Shown in pieces: positions 40,698 through 54,025 of a stretch of 64,000 nucleotides of DNA. The translations under genes and the position numbers were made by a program. The DNA is taken from NCBI GenBank assembly GCA_963777605.1, contig CAVZRV010000028.1, positions 160,001-224,000 of the forward strand, given 5' to 3'. Position 1 is the stretch's first letter. Every line of letters begins with the position of its first letter. The notes beneath the pieces are model-generated. The model searched no databases. It saw only the letters and a list, made by a program, of their open reading frames with translations, and was not told the origin of the DNA. This stretch comes from an uncultured Acidobacteriota bacterium (GTDB taxonomy: Bacteria; Acidobacteriota; UBA6911; RPQK01; JAPXNP01).

Positions 40698-41589
40698 TCA
40701 TTTCTCTTCTCCGTTCAAGGCCTCGAATCCGGAGATGACATCGAACAGTTCCTCGTCGATGCCACTCTGGCGCATGCGATGGAATGACCTGTTGAGTTCC
40801 TCCAGCAATTCGTCGATGTTCTTGTCGGCGCGTTGCATCGCCGCCAGGCGGCTCGCGTTCTCACTCGCAAGGGATTCGGCGCACGCCCGGAAGAGCGAGA
40901 CAAAGAGATATTCTCGGACGAGTGCCCGAAACGTCGCGGTGCCGCCACTCACGATCTCGGGCAAGTTCCCCGTCGGCCAGGGAAGTTCGGCCAGCCTGCG
41001 TCGCCAGTTCTCGTCCAGCGGCAGCAGTCGCTGGCCGACGGGCTCGTAGACCGGCCCGGACGTCGGACGATTGTAGAAGAGGTGGAGTTCGATGACCTCA
41101 TCCTGGCTGCGGCGCGCTTCGCTCTCCACCAGAATCTGCCCGACGAGCGGGGTGATGGCCTGGACGGAATTCGGCACGGTGAAGAGTCCATTCATTAGTC
41201 AGGCCCGAGTCCGCCAGGCGTGCGTGAACCCGGTCACCGACGGCCCAGACCCGGGATATGCCGGGCAAAGCTGCGAGCGCCCTCATCGCATAATCGGCCA
41301 CCACGTCATTAAACTGGCCCACCAGTCCCTGGTCGGAACCGAACACGATTGCACCAATCGTACCCGTATCGGTTGGACTCTTTCGACTCGTCATCAACGC
41401 CGCCTCGCTACCGCGGAAGCAGACGCTTAACCCCAGTTCCACGATGCGAGAGTAGTCGGCCAGCGCGCGCACCGATTGCTCGTATTGTCCGATGCTTGAC
41501 GCGGCCAGGGCTTTCATCGTGCGGACCACGGATTGAAGATCTCCGGCGCTGTCGATTTTTCGGCGCAGGCTCGCGATGGTGGTGCTCAT
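40698..41589 (-). CDS. atpG: N-ATPase gamma subunit (frameshift near 41196)
   Basis: VVRTMKALA, GSDQGLVGQFN; ASENASRLAAMQRA, RQSGIDEEL in the second frame. Confidence 0.85.
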
Positions 41590-41954
41590 GAATTCTCGGT
41601 GGGTTCGCCTCCAGCAGGAGGCGGGTCGGTCCTGTGACTCCTTTGATCGTGCAGTCGCCCGAGGGTGCTCTCGATCAAACTGGCTAACATGTCTGCAGCG
41701 CCGTCAACGGCCTGGTCCAAGGTGTCCGCCTGATGAGTGACCGCGACCGGTCGGAGGCCTTCGAGGCGGGCTTCCATCATGCAGCTCTTGTCGTTCTGGC
41801 CGCTCTTGTGGCGGTTCTCGTCGCTCAAATGAACTTCCACCCGGGTGATCTGATCGCTGATTCGGCTCAGGGCGTTCTCCACTACGCTGCGGACCTGATC
41901 GCTCAGCCCCTCGGAACCTTCAATGTTATGGTCGGTATTAACTTGGATCTGCAT
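41586..41954 (-). CDS. HPF/RaiA-family ribosome-associated protein
   Basis: MQIQVNTD, ITRVEVHLSDEN, DKSCMMEARLEG, LDQAVDGA; AGGAG RBS; ATGA overlap with atpG. Confidence 0.88.
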   Translation of the reverse strand: MQIQVNTDHNIEGSEGLSDQVRSVVENALSRISDQITRVEVHLSDENRHKSGQNDKSCMMEARLEGLRPVAVTHQADTLDQAVDGAADMLASLIESTLGRLHDQRSHRTDPPPAGGEPTENS

Positions 41955-41966
41955 GCTGTTCTCCTG

Positions 41967-43521
41967 TTAAGGTTCAGGATCGGATTTCGATCCCTCCCCG
42001 GGTTGGAACTGTTCGAGGGCCAGGCGGGTGACGTCGATGATCGTCTTGCGATCGTCGTCGCTCAGTTTGTCGGCCGTGGTCGAACCGCTCGCGCACCTCC
42101 CCCGGAATCTCCTTCTCCGCCTCGCGTACGGCCTGTTCGGCGTCCTTCATTCGGGCAACCGGCACGTTGTCGAAGAGTCCCGAGGTCAACGCAAGCAACA
42201 CGGCGATTTGCGCGGGCATCGAAACCGGGGACGATTCCGGTTGCTTGAGGCAGGCGCGGATGCGCCGCCCGCGCCCGATGATCCTGCGGGCGTCTTCATC
42301 CAGTCGGGCGCCAAAACGGGAAAAGGTCTCACGCTCTTCGAACTGGGAGTAGGCAAGCTTGAGGTAGCCCGCCACCGCCCGGTAGGCTGCCCGTTGTGCC
42401 TTGCCGCCGACACGTGAAACCGATTTCCCGACATCGACCGCCGGCAGCACTCCCAGCTCGAACATCGACGGTGAGAGGTAGATCTGGCCATCGGTGATGG
42501 AGGTCAGGTTGGTCGGAATGTAGGCGGAAATGTTTTGCGCTTCGGTTTCAATGATGGGCAGGGCGGTCAGCGAGCCGCCGCTGAGTTCCTCGCGCAGGTG
42601 GGTGGCGCGTTCGAGCAGCCGTGAATGGATGTAGAAGATGTCGCCGGGGAATGCTTCGCGACCGGGCGGACGGCGCAGCAAAAGAGAAAGCTCGCGATAG
42701 GCGCGGGCATGATGGGTGAGATCGTCGTAGACGATGAGCACGTCCCGGCCTTGCTCCATGAGATGCTCGGCAATGCTGGTGGCTGCATAAGGGGCGATGT
42801 AGGAGAGACCCGGCGGGTCGTTTCCCTCGGCCACAACGACCGCGGTGTAGTCCATGGCGCCTTTCTCCTGAAGGTTCGCCACGGCCTTCGCCACGGCGGA
42901 AGCGCGCTGGCCAACGGCACAATAGACGCAGGCGACATTGTGGCCCCGCTGGTTGATGATAGTGTCGATCGCAATGGCCGTCTTGCCCGTCTGCCGGTCG
43001 CCGAGAATCAGCTCGCGCTGGCCCCGTCCGATGGGAATGAGCGCGTCGATGACCTTAAGTCCGGTCTGGAGGGGCTCGGTGACGGGGGCACGGTCCATGA
43101 TGGGCGGTGCGGGTCGTTCGATGGGAAGGCGATCGCGACTCGCCACCTGCCCTTGGCCATCAAGCGGCCGGCCGAGCGGGTCGATGACGCGCCCGAGCAG
43201 GCCATCACCCACGGCCACGTCCATGACCCGTCCCGTTCGCTCGACTTCATCGCCCGCTTGCAAATGCCAGTATTCACCGAGCAGCACGACTCCTATTTCG
43301 TCTTCGTCCAGATTGAATGCGATGCCGTAAACGTCGCCGGGAAATCTCACCAGTTCATCGAAGCCCACGCCGGGAAGGCCGGAGACCCTCGCGATGCCTG
43401 TCGAGACACTGGCGATCGTGCCCACCTCCCGCAACGTCAGTTGCGGTGTGAATGCTTTCCGCACCTGATTTATCCCGGAAAATGCGCTGTCGAAAATGTC
43501 TTGGAGGCTCTCGGGTTTCAT
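41967..43521 (-). CDS. atpA: N-ATPase alpha subunit (apparent 1-bp frameshift near 42080)
   Basis: [27 protein letters not shown]; a native-looking C-terminus [14 protein letters not shown]... lies in another frame and ends at 41967. Confidence 0.92.
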
Positions 43522-43523
43522 GT

Positions 43524-44375
43524 TCAGCGGCTCTCTGTTTCGGGCACAGGTTCGTCGGGCGCAGGCTCCGCCCTGGACCCCGGCTCAGGCTTGGGCTTGG
43601 CCCGAGCTTCAGGCCGTTCCTTCTGTTTCAAGAGGTCGCCGGCGCTCTTCTCCAGCGACGACAGATAATCCGCGATGCTCCACGCCACCTTTTGTCCATT
43701 CGTGGTGAGTTCGATGCCGCTGATCACGCCTGTCGCGGTCTCGAAGCGGACTTGGATTTCAGCCGAAAAGGATTCGTCAATCGCCTGTTGGATTGCGTCT
43801 CGCTGCTCAGGCGGCAGCTCGAAGGCACTCCGGACGACCGCCGGGTTGGAGGATGTTTGCAAGGCCTTGGTAAGAGCGGACTTCTCCTCACCTCCGAGTT
43901 GCCGCAAGCGGCTCGTGAAGACCTCGCTCATGCGTTCTTCCAGACTTGTCCCGGCGAGGTCCGTCAGCGTCTTTCGCGCGATGGCAAAGACTTCCTGCCG
44001 GGCCCGGCGGGTGATTTCGTCGTTCAGGCTCTGCTGTTCAAGTTTCAACGCTTCCCGTCGTTTGGCACTCAGGGCGTCTGCCGCCTGCCGTGCTTCATCA
44101 AGGAGGCGCCGGCGTTCCTCTTCTCCCTCGTCCTTCGCGCGGCTCAGGAACCCGGCGCGCTGCTGGTCGAATTCCTCGTTCTTGTGCCGAAACTCGTCGC
44201 GTTCCTTTTGAGCTTCGGCCTTTTTCGCCTCGGCGTCGGCGAGTTCCGTGGCGATTCGCTTCTCCCGCGCGTCGATGGCTCGAAGGATGGGCTTGTAAAG
44301 AAAGCGTTTCATCAACCACACCAGGATGAGAAAGTTGAGCACTTGCGCACCGACGGTGAACCAATCAATGAGCAT
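43524..44375 (-). CDS. atpF: N-ATPase b subunit with delta-like C-terminal extension
   Basis: [21 protein letters not shown], coiled coil, [19 protein letters not shown]. Confidence 0.92.
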   Translation of the reverse strand: MLIDWFTVGAQVLNFLILVWLMKRFLYKPILRAIDAREKRIATELADAEAKKAEAQKERDEFRHKNEEFDQQRAGFLSRAKDEGEEERRRLLDEARQAADALSAKRREALKLEQQSLNDEITRRARQEVFAIARKTLTDLAGTSLEERMSEVFTSRLRQLGGEEKSALTKALQTSSNPAVVRSAFELPPEQRDAIQQAIDESFSAEIQVRFETATGVISGIELTTNGQKVAWSIADYLSSLEKSAGDLLKQKERPEARAKPKPEPGSRAEPAPDEPVPETESR

Positions 44376-44378
44376 GTT

Positions 44379-44660
44379 CTAGTTTCCCCCGGTCAGGGAG
44401 ATGACGTGGTTCCAAAACGGGTTGGCGAAGATGAGAATCATTGAGACCACGAAACAATAAATGGCCGTGGACTCGATCATCGCCAGGCCGACGAACAGCG
44501 TCCGGGTGATCGTGGCGGAAGCGTCTGGCTGCTGGGCCAGTGAACTCAGGGCCGTCGCGACCGCACGCCCTTCGCCCAACGCCGGGCCAATACAGCCGAT
44601 CCCTGTGGTCATTCCGGCGGTGACAACTGATGCCACCGCGATGATTGTCATGTTATCCAT
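44379..44660 (-). CDS. atpE: N-ATPase c subunit
   Basis: GPALGEG, QQPDA, MIESTAIY. Confidence 0.95.
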   Translation of the reverse strand: MDNMTIIAVASVVTAGMTTGIGCIGPALGEGRAVATALSSLAQQPDASATITRTLFVGLAMIESTAIYCFVVSMILIFANPFWNHVISLTGGN

Positions 44661-44684
44661 AGCATTTCCTTCGGTTGTCATAGT

Positions 44685-45386
44685 TCACGCTGCAATGCCC
44701 CGCCTCGGTCCAGGCCTGGTATGACGGGCTCGCGTGGCGGCCGCGATGTAAACCGTGGCCAGGATAAAGAAGATGTAGGCCTGCACCATGCCGGTGAGCA
44801 GCCCGAGCGCCGTCATGACGATCGGAAAGATGAACGGCGTGATGGTGAGCAGAATGCCGATGATCATCGCCCCGCTCATCATGTTGCCGAACAGACGGAC
44901 GGCCAGTGCCAGCGTGCGCGAAAGCTCGCTGATGATATTGAACGGCAGCATGATGATCGTCGGCTTCAGATAGGACTTGAGGTAACCAGTCAACCCCCGC
45001 TCCTCGATGCCGAAGAGGGGCACTGCCACAAAGACGCACAGCGCGAGCGCCGCAGTGGTCGAGAGCGAACTCGTCGGGGGTTCGTAGCCGGGAATAACGG
45101 TGAAGAGGCTGGCCGTAGCGACGAACAGGAAAAGCGTGCCCAGAAAGCTGAGATACTTTTCCGGTTGCTGGAGGCCGACCTCTCCGATCTGTTTCTCGAT
45201 CGCGGTAACGACGATTTCCAGAAGGTTCTGCCAGCGGGAACGTTCCAAACCGATCGAGAGTCTGCGAGTAATGAGTCTCGAACCAAGCGCCAGTACCAGC
45301 ATCAGGCCCCAGGTAATTGCAACCGTGGCGTTGAGCTTGACGAAGCCGTATTGCCAGAAGATGATCTCGTCGGGACTAAGGCGCAA
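44685..45386 (-). CDS. atpB: N-ATPase a subunit
   Basis: SELSRTLALAVRLFGNMM, GMVQAYIF. Confidence 0.95.
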   Translation of the reverse strand: MRLSPDEIIFWQYGFVKLNATVAITWGLMLVLALGSRLITRRLSIGLERSRWQNLLEIVVTAIEKQIGEVGLQQPEKYLSFLGTLFLFVATASLFTVIPGYEPPTSSLSTTAALALCVFVAVPLFGIEERGLTGYLKSYLKPTIIMLPFNIISELSRTLALAVRLFGNMMSGAMIIGILLTITPFIFPIVMTALGLLTGMVQAYIFFILATVYIAAATRARHTRPGPRRGIAA

Positions 45387-45690
45387 GACCGGCCTCCTTT
45401 ACAGAGGGGTTGCGGCATTCGAAGGTCGGGCCAGTGAGCCTCAACACGATGAAGCGCGCGGCGGTAAACCCGAGGAGACACGCCAGCAAACGGCCCCAAT
45501 CACCGTTCGAGACAAAGTAGAAACCACTGAGGACGATGCCGGTCCGCAAGACCAGGCTGCCCAGAAACCAAGGTGCCGGATGTCTTGATGAAAGGCCCTT
45601 CGACACCGTCCACCGAAGGCCGCCAAAAAAGACTGCGCCGAGCAAAACACCTACCACCAACGCCAGTCCCAACGCCAGAAAATCATCCAT
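45376..45690 (-). CDS. atpR: N-ATPase AtpR subunit
   Basis: FFGGLRWTV, SLVLR, LLGFTAAR; position between atpQ and atpB. Confidence 0.85.
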   Translation of the reverse strand: MDDFLALGLALVVGVLLGAVFFGGLRWTVSKGLSSRHPAPWFLGSLVLRTGIVLSGFYFVSNGDWGRLLACLLGFTAARFIVLRLTGPTFECRNPSVKEAGLAP

Positions 45691-46007
45691 CGTCCTCCCC
45701 CTCTTCCTCCCCCATTGCCTTTTCTTCCCTGCTTACCCAGTGCCACGCGTTCAGGCAGCCGATGGTCAAGCCGGTGACGAGCAACATCAGCGTCCAGGAA
45801 CGGGTTCCGGGATAATGCTTGTCCAACCAGAGGCCAAGCGCCGCGCCAATCAGCGTCGGAATCGCCACCGACCATCCAATGATCCCCATCATCCCCAGGC
45901 CAAACCAAACGCCCGGCGCCGCGTTGCGCCGTGCCTTGAGCTTGCGCGCCGCCTTCGCGCCGACCTCGTCACTGAGAGAGGGCCTTAAAGACTTGTGTTG
46001 GGGTTTG

Positions 46008-46015
<8 letters not shown>
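45683..46015 (-). CDS. atpQ: N-ATPase AtpQ (AtpZ/AtpI-family) protein
   Basis: GLGMMGIIGWSVAIPTL, GLWLD, GCLNAWHW. Confidence 0.85.
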
Positions 46016-48162
<2,147 letters not shown>

Positions 48163-48184
48163 TCACCGCCAGGAACGGAACCCG

Positions 48185-49128
48185 CTAAACGGCGGCAGCG
48201 TGCGCACATGAAAACGCGGGCTCCTTCCCGATTCGCTGAATAGTCTCCAGGATCCGCTCGGGCCTGCCCCAATCGCTCCAGAGAACGCCTCCCAATTCCA
48301 TGACCGTGACCCGCCCGGGCAGACGTTCCAGCAGCTCAGAAGAGAAGTTCCTGGACGGCATAGCCGCGTAGATTTTTTCCAGAACTTGTGCTTCCTCCGA
48401 CGTCCCGATCGCCTCCCGGTACCACTCAAAGAGCATCATCATCTCGGGAAAGCACTGCCACCCCATCTCCCATAAAGTTGCTGCCCTGGCTGCCATGACC
48501 AGCGTATTCCAGAGGGCGCCCGATGCCATGGCGGTCCTGCACATCTCCACACCAGGTTTCTCCCGAAACGCTTCCGTTGCCCTTATCTCGAGTCCTCCGA
48601 CGCAGCTGACACACGGGCCCGGATGAATCCAGCCGTACTCCGGTTCCAGTCGATCGGGAAGGACTCCCAGCAGGCACAGCGAATCCCTCAAGTGTTGTGC
48701 TGCCTGCGCAGCTTTTCGCACTACTTCACTGAATTGCTCCTCGGGATAGATGAAATGGTCTGACGGGTAAACCAGTACCGTCGCCTGAGGATCCTCAGCG
48801 AGGACATGAGTCAGGGCCAAAAAGATGCCGGCCGCGGTATCCCGGTTGGCGGGCTGAACGATAAGCTTTCCGGCCTTTCCCGCCGAGAGCTGAGCCCGGG
48901 CCTCGATCTGATGAGTGCGTCCGATGACCGTCACCTTCTGTTCGGGTAGAGTAATCCGGTCGGCGCGGTCCAGCGTATGCTGGAACATCGATCGGGTTCC
49001 GATGAAGGTGCAGAATTGTTTGGGCGTGTCACATCCCAGCCACTGTTGAACAAAGGGTCTGAGACGTTCCCCTTTGCCTCCCGCCAGGACAATGGACCAG
49101 AGTCCTCATGCTCGTTTCCTCGATTCAT
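48185..49128 (-). CDS. Sugar-phosphate nucleotidyltransferase (mannose-1-P guanylyltransferase-like), 5' frameshift near 49105
   Basis: LWSIVLAGGKGERL...PKQFC in the frame of ORF 48185-48988; NRDTA, PSDH, YGWI, FREKP, WSDWG. Confidence 0.85.
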
Positions 49129-49309
49129 CGCGCACTCCTCGCCCGTTCACAGGCCCGACAGATATTGTGAATTACCTCAATCCCATTCGTCTTTCCTGGG
49201 TGGCCGTTCTCGCCTTTGCCCCGACCGTCTGGCCCGTTTCAGACAGTTACAGCCCCTTTCTTTTCAGCCAGTCCGTGTTATCGGCACTGTACGATTGAGC
49301 TGGTTCCCG

Positions 49310-49350
49310 GTCAGTGCAGAAGGAATCGCTGGTGTGGTCAAAATTGCTCA
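49310..49350 (-). promoter_or_regulatory. Tandem CRP-like motif, copy 7
   Basis: Minus strand TGAGCaatttTGACCacaccagCGATTccttcTGCACTGAC; CTGACC-N17-TACAGT. Confidence 0.7.
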
Positions 49351-49811
49351 CCCGGGTCAGTGGCGGGCACTGAGGCCCATCATCAATGGCCCCTTCGGTT
49401 TTTCTCGCCTCGCGAAGGGAAACACGGACCTGGGAGGGAAACCTGTAAGTCGCTGAAAAGCAGATGATTGGAGTGCGTCCACGGTCCTGATCGACCAAGA
49501 GCTTCATCCCTTTGGAACGACGGAGTCTTCCGGCGCGACAGGCTGCACTGGAAAGGGAAGCTGGGCGAGAAATCGTCCTCGCCCAGCGGCATGCCGTAGC
49601 GTTCGGCCCGGCATTTATCGGTAGAAACGTTCCGGAACATGGATGCCCGAAACGGGGGGGCCTAAACCGGAAACCCGAAGTTAGGGGGATCCAGCATGGC
49701 GAAGTTCAAGCCGTCAGTTATCCACCGTTGACAAGCTGATGCGACCTTTCCGAGCCACGAGATGGTGGTTCGGTGGCACACTCCCTCTTTTTACTCCCGG
49801 GCCGGTCCCGT

Positions 49812-49852
49812 GTCAGTTCAGTAATGCTCAAGCGCCCGGTCAAAACTGCTCA
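49812..49852 (-). promoter_or_regulatory. Tandem CRP-like motif, copy 8 (no clear downstream ORF)
   Basis: Minus strand TGAGCagtttTGACCgggcgctTGAGCattacTGAACTGAC; CTGACA-N17-TAAAAA. Confidence 0.85.
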
Positions 49853-49918
49853 TCGCTTTCCATCAATCGACAAAGAATCTGAGCACTGAAAACGAGCTCG
49901 AACTGCCGATGCCGCAAC

Positions 49919-50728
49919 TTACTTGGGCCACGATACCGTGGTCATCTCAAGCCGCCACACCGGGCCATTCAAAAACATGGCGCCTTCGAATTTCACGAAT
50001 GCCGGGACATCCCCCGAGACAAGCCAGTAGCGAAGGTCCGGCGGGCTCTTTCCGATCAACGAGGCCATCCAGCCGGAGAGCCCGCCAATCTTCAGCTTCA
50101 CCAGCGAGCGCATGGCCTTCATGGGGAGGTCGCCCAGCAGCACCTCGTCCTCTCCCTCCCAGTTCCACTCCATCTCGAGCAGGCGCGGTTCCGGCATGAA
50201 GACGGCCAACTGCACCGTCGCGCCGGCGCCTCCTGGAAGATTCTTCAGGAGTATCAGGGCCATTCCGTTGTAGAGATCGGCCGGCATCTCGAATGTTCCT
50301 CCCGCGGTTTTTGGCTCCTGGTCTTTCTCGGCCTGACTGCGGGCCTGGTATCGCCCGCTCTTGCGATCGAACGATACCTCCATTGTCGGGTAGGATGGTC
50401 CGTGCTCTACCAGACGATAGCCCTCGAGCCTGAAAACTCCTTCCTGCGAGAATGTCGCCGATTCATCGTATAGCGAACCATCCTTGAATCTCAGGATCAT
50501 GTGGGAATCGATGAACTTCCCCGTGGGCTTCTGGCTCAGCTCACCGTAGGCGATCGCTGTCCCGTCCAGCGATCGGAGTACGAGGAAACCCCGAAAATTC
50601 CCTTCCAGGAGGCGGACCGGAATCGGCGCACCTTCGACGGAACCTGACCAGAGCAGGATAGCGATGACGAAAAAGAGTGAAGCCGGCTTTGCATGTATGA
50701 TCAACCCTGTCTTGTTAGGATGCCGCAT
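49919..50728 (-). CDS. Secreted hypothetical protein
   Basis: Signal-like N-terminus; co-oriented with and abutting the YihY gene. Confidence 0.7.
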   Translation of the reverse strand: MRHPNKTGLIIHAKPASLFFVIAILLWSGSVEGAPIPVRLLEGNFRGFLVLRSLDGTAIAYGELSQKPTGKFIDSHMILRFKDGSLYDESATFSQEGVFRLEGYRLVEHGPSYPTMEVSFDRKSGRYQARSQAEKDQEPKTAGGTFEMPADLYNGMALILLKNLPGGAGATVQLAVFMPEPRLLEMEWNWEGEDEVLLGDLPMKAMRSLVKLKIGGLSGWMASLIGKSPPDLRYWLVSGDVPAFVKFEGAMFLNGPVWRLEMTTVSWPK

Positions 50729-50729
50729 G

Positions 50730-51650
50730 TTACCCCTTCCTGAAAAATGAGGTTTTACTCGGAACGCGGTCACCTTTCTGTCGCAATTCCTCAAGAAAAT
50801 AGGCAAACTCGCCTCCCAAAACGAGAATCATTGAGGAGTAATAGACCCATACGACGAAGATGACCAGAGTGCTGAATGAGCCATAGAAAAGGGAGTACCT
50901 GGCGAGATGGATGATATACCAGGCGAAGATATGTTTGGCCAACTCCCAGAGCAGACCAGTAAAAAGAGCCGCCTGAAAGATAGTTTCAAAGTGCAAACTC
51001 CTATTAGGAATGACTTTGTAGACCAAGAAAAAAACGCCACAGGTCGAGACGAGAGGGAGGATGTATTCTAATATCCATTCAAGAATAGGTCCTATCTCCA
51101 CGAGAATCTGTCCGCGGTAACTTTGGAGGAAACTGGCGAATACGCTAATACTCATACTTACAACGAAGAGAGATCCAGCCAGGAGAATCATGAGCAGATC
51201 AATGCCGATTGCGTGCAGAAATTTCCGGCTCTTCTCCACGCTGAACACGATATTGAGAGCGATCCGCAGCGAGCCGAAGACGAATGTGGAAAACCAGACT
51301 AGGACTACAAACCCTAAGACCCCAACAATCCGACGCTTCTCGATGATGGCCAGCAGGTCTTGCGTAATTCTTGAATCCAGGGCAGGAGATACAATTCTGA
51401 GATTTGCGCTAATGTGATCGACTACAGCCTGGTCGTTGTAGAGGTAACTCGCAATGAATGCGGATAGAAGCAAGATGAGAGGGATCAGGTTGATCAGGAT
51501 ATTGAAAGCAATTCCGGAAGACAGGAAGAAGCCGTTGTCACCGATGAATTTTCCGATAGCCTCCCGCAGGAGCCCGAATTTCCTGAGAAACTGTTCGAGT
51601 TGTCTGAATCTCCCGGCGGCAGTCTCCGCCACTGTGAAGGTGTCTTTCAA
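50730..51650 (-). CDS. YihY/virulence factor BrkB-family membrane protein
   Basis: IAFN.L..L.P, YKVIPN, LWELAK.IF..Y, FYGSFS...WVYYS..ILVLGGE. Confidence 0.88.
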   Translation of the reverse strand: MKDTFTVAETAAGRFRQLEQFLRKFGLLREAIGKFIGDNGFFLSSGIAFNILINLIPLILLLSAFIASYLYNDQAVVDHISANLRIVSPALDSRITQDLLAIIEKRRIVGVLGFVVLVWFSTFVFGSLRIALNIVFSVEKSRKFLHAIGIDLLMILLAGSLFVVSMSISVFASFLQSYRGQILVEIGPILEWILEYILPLVSTCGVFFLVYKVIPNRSLHFETIFQAALFTGLLWELAKHIFAWYIIHLARYSLFYGSFSTLVIFVVWVYYSSMILVLGGEFAYFLEELRQKGDRVPSKTSFFRKG

Positions 51651-51729
51651 TGTGTAACCTCTGATTCACCGTTGGGAGTTGGAACGATCCGGTCATGCAA
51701 GGTCAGGAGATCCGTATCTTGTTCGTTCC

Positions 51730-52785
51730 CTATTGCTTCGGTCCTCTCAACTTTTCGACCTCCTCATTCCTGGTTCCTTGTCCGAGCAGGACGGCAAACT
51801 TTCGTGACTCCTCATGACTCCCCAGTGCAATCACGACAAGGCTGGTCATGGGCACCGAGAGAACCATGCCCAGTGGTCCCAGTACCCACCCCCAGAAGAC
51901 CAGGGAAAGAAAGACAACGAGTGTCGATAATCTCAAGCGCCTGCCCATCAGCTTTGGCTCCAGGAAAATGCTGAAGACGACATTAATCGCCGCAATGCCG
52001 AAGAGGGTCAGAAGGGCGAAGCCCAGCCCGCTCGTAAGAAGAGCGATCAGAAAAGGAGGAAGGGCGGCAATGACGGAGCCGACATTGGGCACATAGTTCA
52101 GCAGAAACGCGAGCGTTCCCCAGAGCACAGGGTAATCAACTCCGAGCAGGAGAAGCCAAAGCCAGATCGCCAGGCCGGTGCCCGCGCTGATCAGAGTCTT
52201 GATGACCAGATAGCTCTGCGCGTTCCGGCTGAATTGCTCCATCGTGGTGAGATGCCTCTCGGGGTCCGAAAACGCGACTCGCATCTTTTCCGGCAATTCC
52301 GCCACCTCCAGAAGGATGAACACGACCGTAATCAGGATCAGAAACGCATTGGTGAAGACGGCGCTCAGGGTCGAGAAGATGTCTCCTGCAAGGTTCATCA
52401 CCCATCCCGGGTGGAAAGCACCGGACAACTCCTCCACTGGAATTTGAATGCCCCTCCTGTGCAATTGACTTATCGTGGCATCGATACCGGTCGTGAGTTG
52501 CTCTTGATAGCCGGGCAGGGAATTCAGGAAATGATTCAGCGAAAGGCTGATCAACGCTCCAAAGGAGAATCCCACAACCAGGATGACCGCCAGAATGGAA
52601 GCAAGGGCAAGGATCTTCGGCACGCCCTTGCTTCGCATCCAGAACAACGGTGGGGCGCAAATGACCGCAATAAAGACCGCCAGAAGAAAGGGAACCAGAA
52701 TGGGGCTGGCCGCCTTCATTCCCGCCACCAGGATGACAAAACTGGCCAGGAGTAATGGCAGCGGTATCTTGGCCGTGGGATTCAC
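51730..52785 (-). CDS. AI-2E-family transporter
   Basis: LNYVPNVG, LEPKLMG, FWGWVLGPLGMVLSVP. Confidence 0.92.
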   Translation of the reverse strand: MNPTAKIPLPLLLASFVILVAGMKAASPILVPFLLAVFIAVICAPPLFWMRSKGVPKILALASILAVILVVGFSFGALISLSLNHFLNSLPGYQEQLTTGIDATISQLHRRGIQIPVEELSGAFHPGWVMNLAGDIFSTLSAVFTNAFLILITVVFILLEVAELPEKMRVAFSDPERHLTTMEQFSRNAQSYLVIKTLISAGTGLAIWLWLLLLGVDYPVLWGTLAFLLNYVPNVGSVIAALPPFLIALLTSGLGFALLTLFGIAAINVVFSIFLEPKLMGRRLRLSTLVVFLSLVFWGWVLGPLGMVLSVPMTSLVVIALGSHEESRKFAVLLGQGTRNEEVEKLRGPKQ

Positions 52786-52871
52786 AATGCCCCCCGTGAA
52801 GCCGAACTTGCTGAGCCGATTCGTCGTGCTGATGCCAACGCCGGCTTCGAAGACTCAATAGGAGGAACTGC

Positions 52872-53108
52872 TCACTTACGCACTGAAGAGCGGGCCTCGT
52901 GAGCGGATTCCTTCAGAGCCGCGGACCACTCGTCAGCCTGCTTTTCGGCTTCCTGCTTCGCAATCCCGTACCGCTCCTGAATTTTTCCCACCAGGTTCTC
53001 CTTTTTCCCCGCGGCCGTCTTGAAGTCATCGTCCGTGAGCTTGCCCCAGCGTTCCCGGGCGGACCCTGCAAACTGTTTCCATTTTCCTTCAATCTGATCC
53101 CAGTTCAT
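52872..53108 (-). CDS. CsbD-family general stress protein
   Basis: [13 protein letters not shown]...[10 protein letters not shown]...GKIQERYG. Confidence 0.95.
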   Translation of the reverse strand: MNWDQIEGKWKQFAGSARERWGKLTDDDFKTAAGKKENLVGKIQERYGIAKQEAEKQADEWSAALKESAHEARSSVRK

Positions 53109-53151
53109 GGTGTTACTTCTTTCGTTAAGTTGAATGACTTATCAATCTTCA

Positions 53152-53811
53152 CTAGATCTCGTATGCTTGGTGATCACGACTCTGATCCGATGCTGCGACC
53201 ACTGCGACCTCTTCCTCTTCATCCACCGCAACGTCGGGCAAGGCGCCCTCAGGCGCGGCGGCGATTGTCCTGCCACTCCTGATGTAGTTCACTGCGGCCT
53301 CTCCGGTCGACGAAATATCCTGTGCTCCCGTCCTCTCCAGGATGTCCTGGGCGCGCTTCGTCCAGTCGGGATTGTCCGAATGGACCGACAGGAGGATTCC
53401 GCCTTCCTTCACTCGGATTTCATAACGCTTGGCCTGGTGTTCGGGGATCCCGAGGCCGATCAGGGCGCCCGTTATCCCGCCTACTGCGCCGCCCACGCCA
53501 ATTCCAGCGAGAGCTGCCATCAGTGGACCGGCTGCGATGACGGGACCTAACCCCGGAATCGCCAGGGCGCCAATGCCCACCAGCCATCCGAGTGTTCCGC
53601 CCAGCAGCGCACCCGTTCCGGCTCCTGCGACCGCGCCCTCGGGAGCCCGGGTCCCTTTGTCACGGGCGAATTCCTTGGAGCCCGCCCTTTGCGGAAACAG
53701 TACGGAGATATCCGTGTTTCGGAAGCCAGCCTCCCTCAAGACGTCGACGGCGTTCTCGACGCTCGAGTAATCTTTGTAAATGCCCAGTACGGCAGTCTTT
53801 TTGTGAGCCAT
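53152..53811 (-). CDS. General stress membrane protein with Gly-zipper hairpin
   Basis: GFRNTDISVL, GALAIPGLGPVIAAGP, LIGLGIPE..AKRYE..VKEGGILLSVH. Confidence 0.85.
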   Translation of the reverse strand: MAHKKTAVLGIYKDYSSVENAVDVLREAGFRNTDISVLFPQRAGSKEFARDKGTRAPEGAVAGAGTGALLGGTLGWLVGIGALAIPGLGPVIAAGPLMAALAGIGVGGAVGGITGALIGLGIPEHQAKRYEIRVKEGGILLSVHSDNPDWTKRAQDILERTGAQDISSTGEAAVNYIRSGRTIAAAPEGALPDVAVDEEEEVAVVAASDQSRDHQAYEI

Positions 53812-54025
53812 GTTGCAGTCTCCTTTGAGAAGTCTTCTGATTTGTTTGCCCTGCTTGACGCCAACTTCATCATCCGGCCGAAGGCTGCGAGGACCATCGA
53901 TCGAGCCGGTCCTGTCGTCCCCGACTTCTGGATCTGATTTCCCGGTTCTCTTCGCCAAGGCTCGCTGGAGCGGTGTCGCAGGTGATTTTGTTCCTCTGTC
54001 TTTTTTACTCCCAGGGGGGCGGCAT

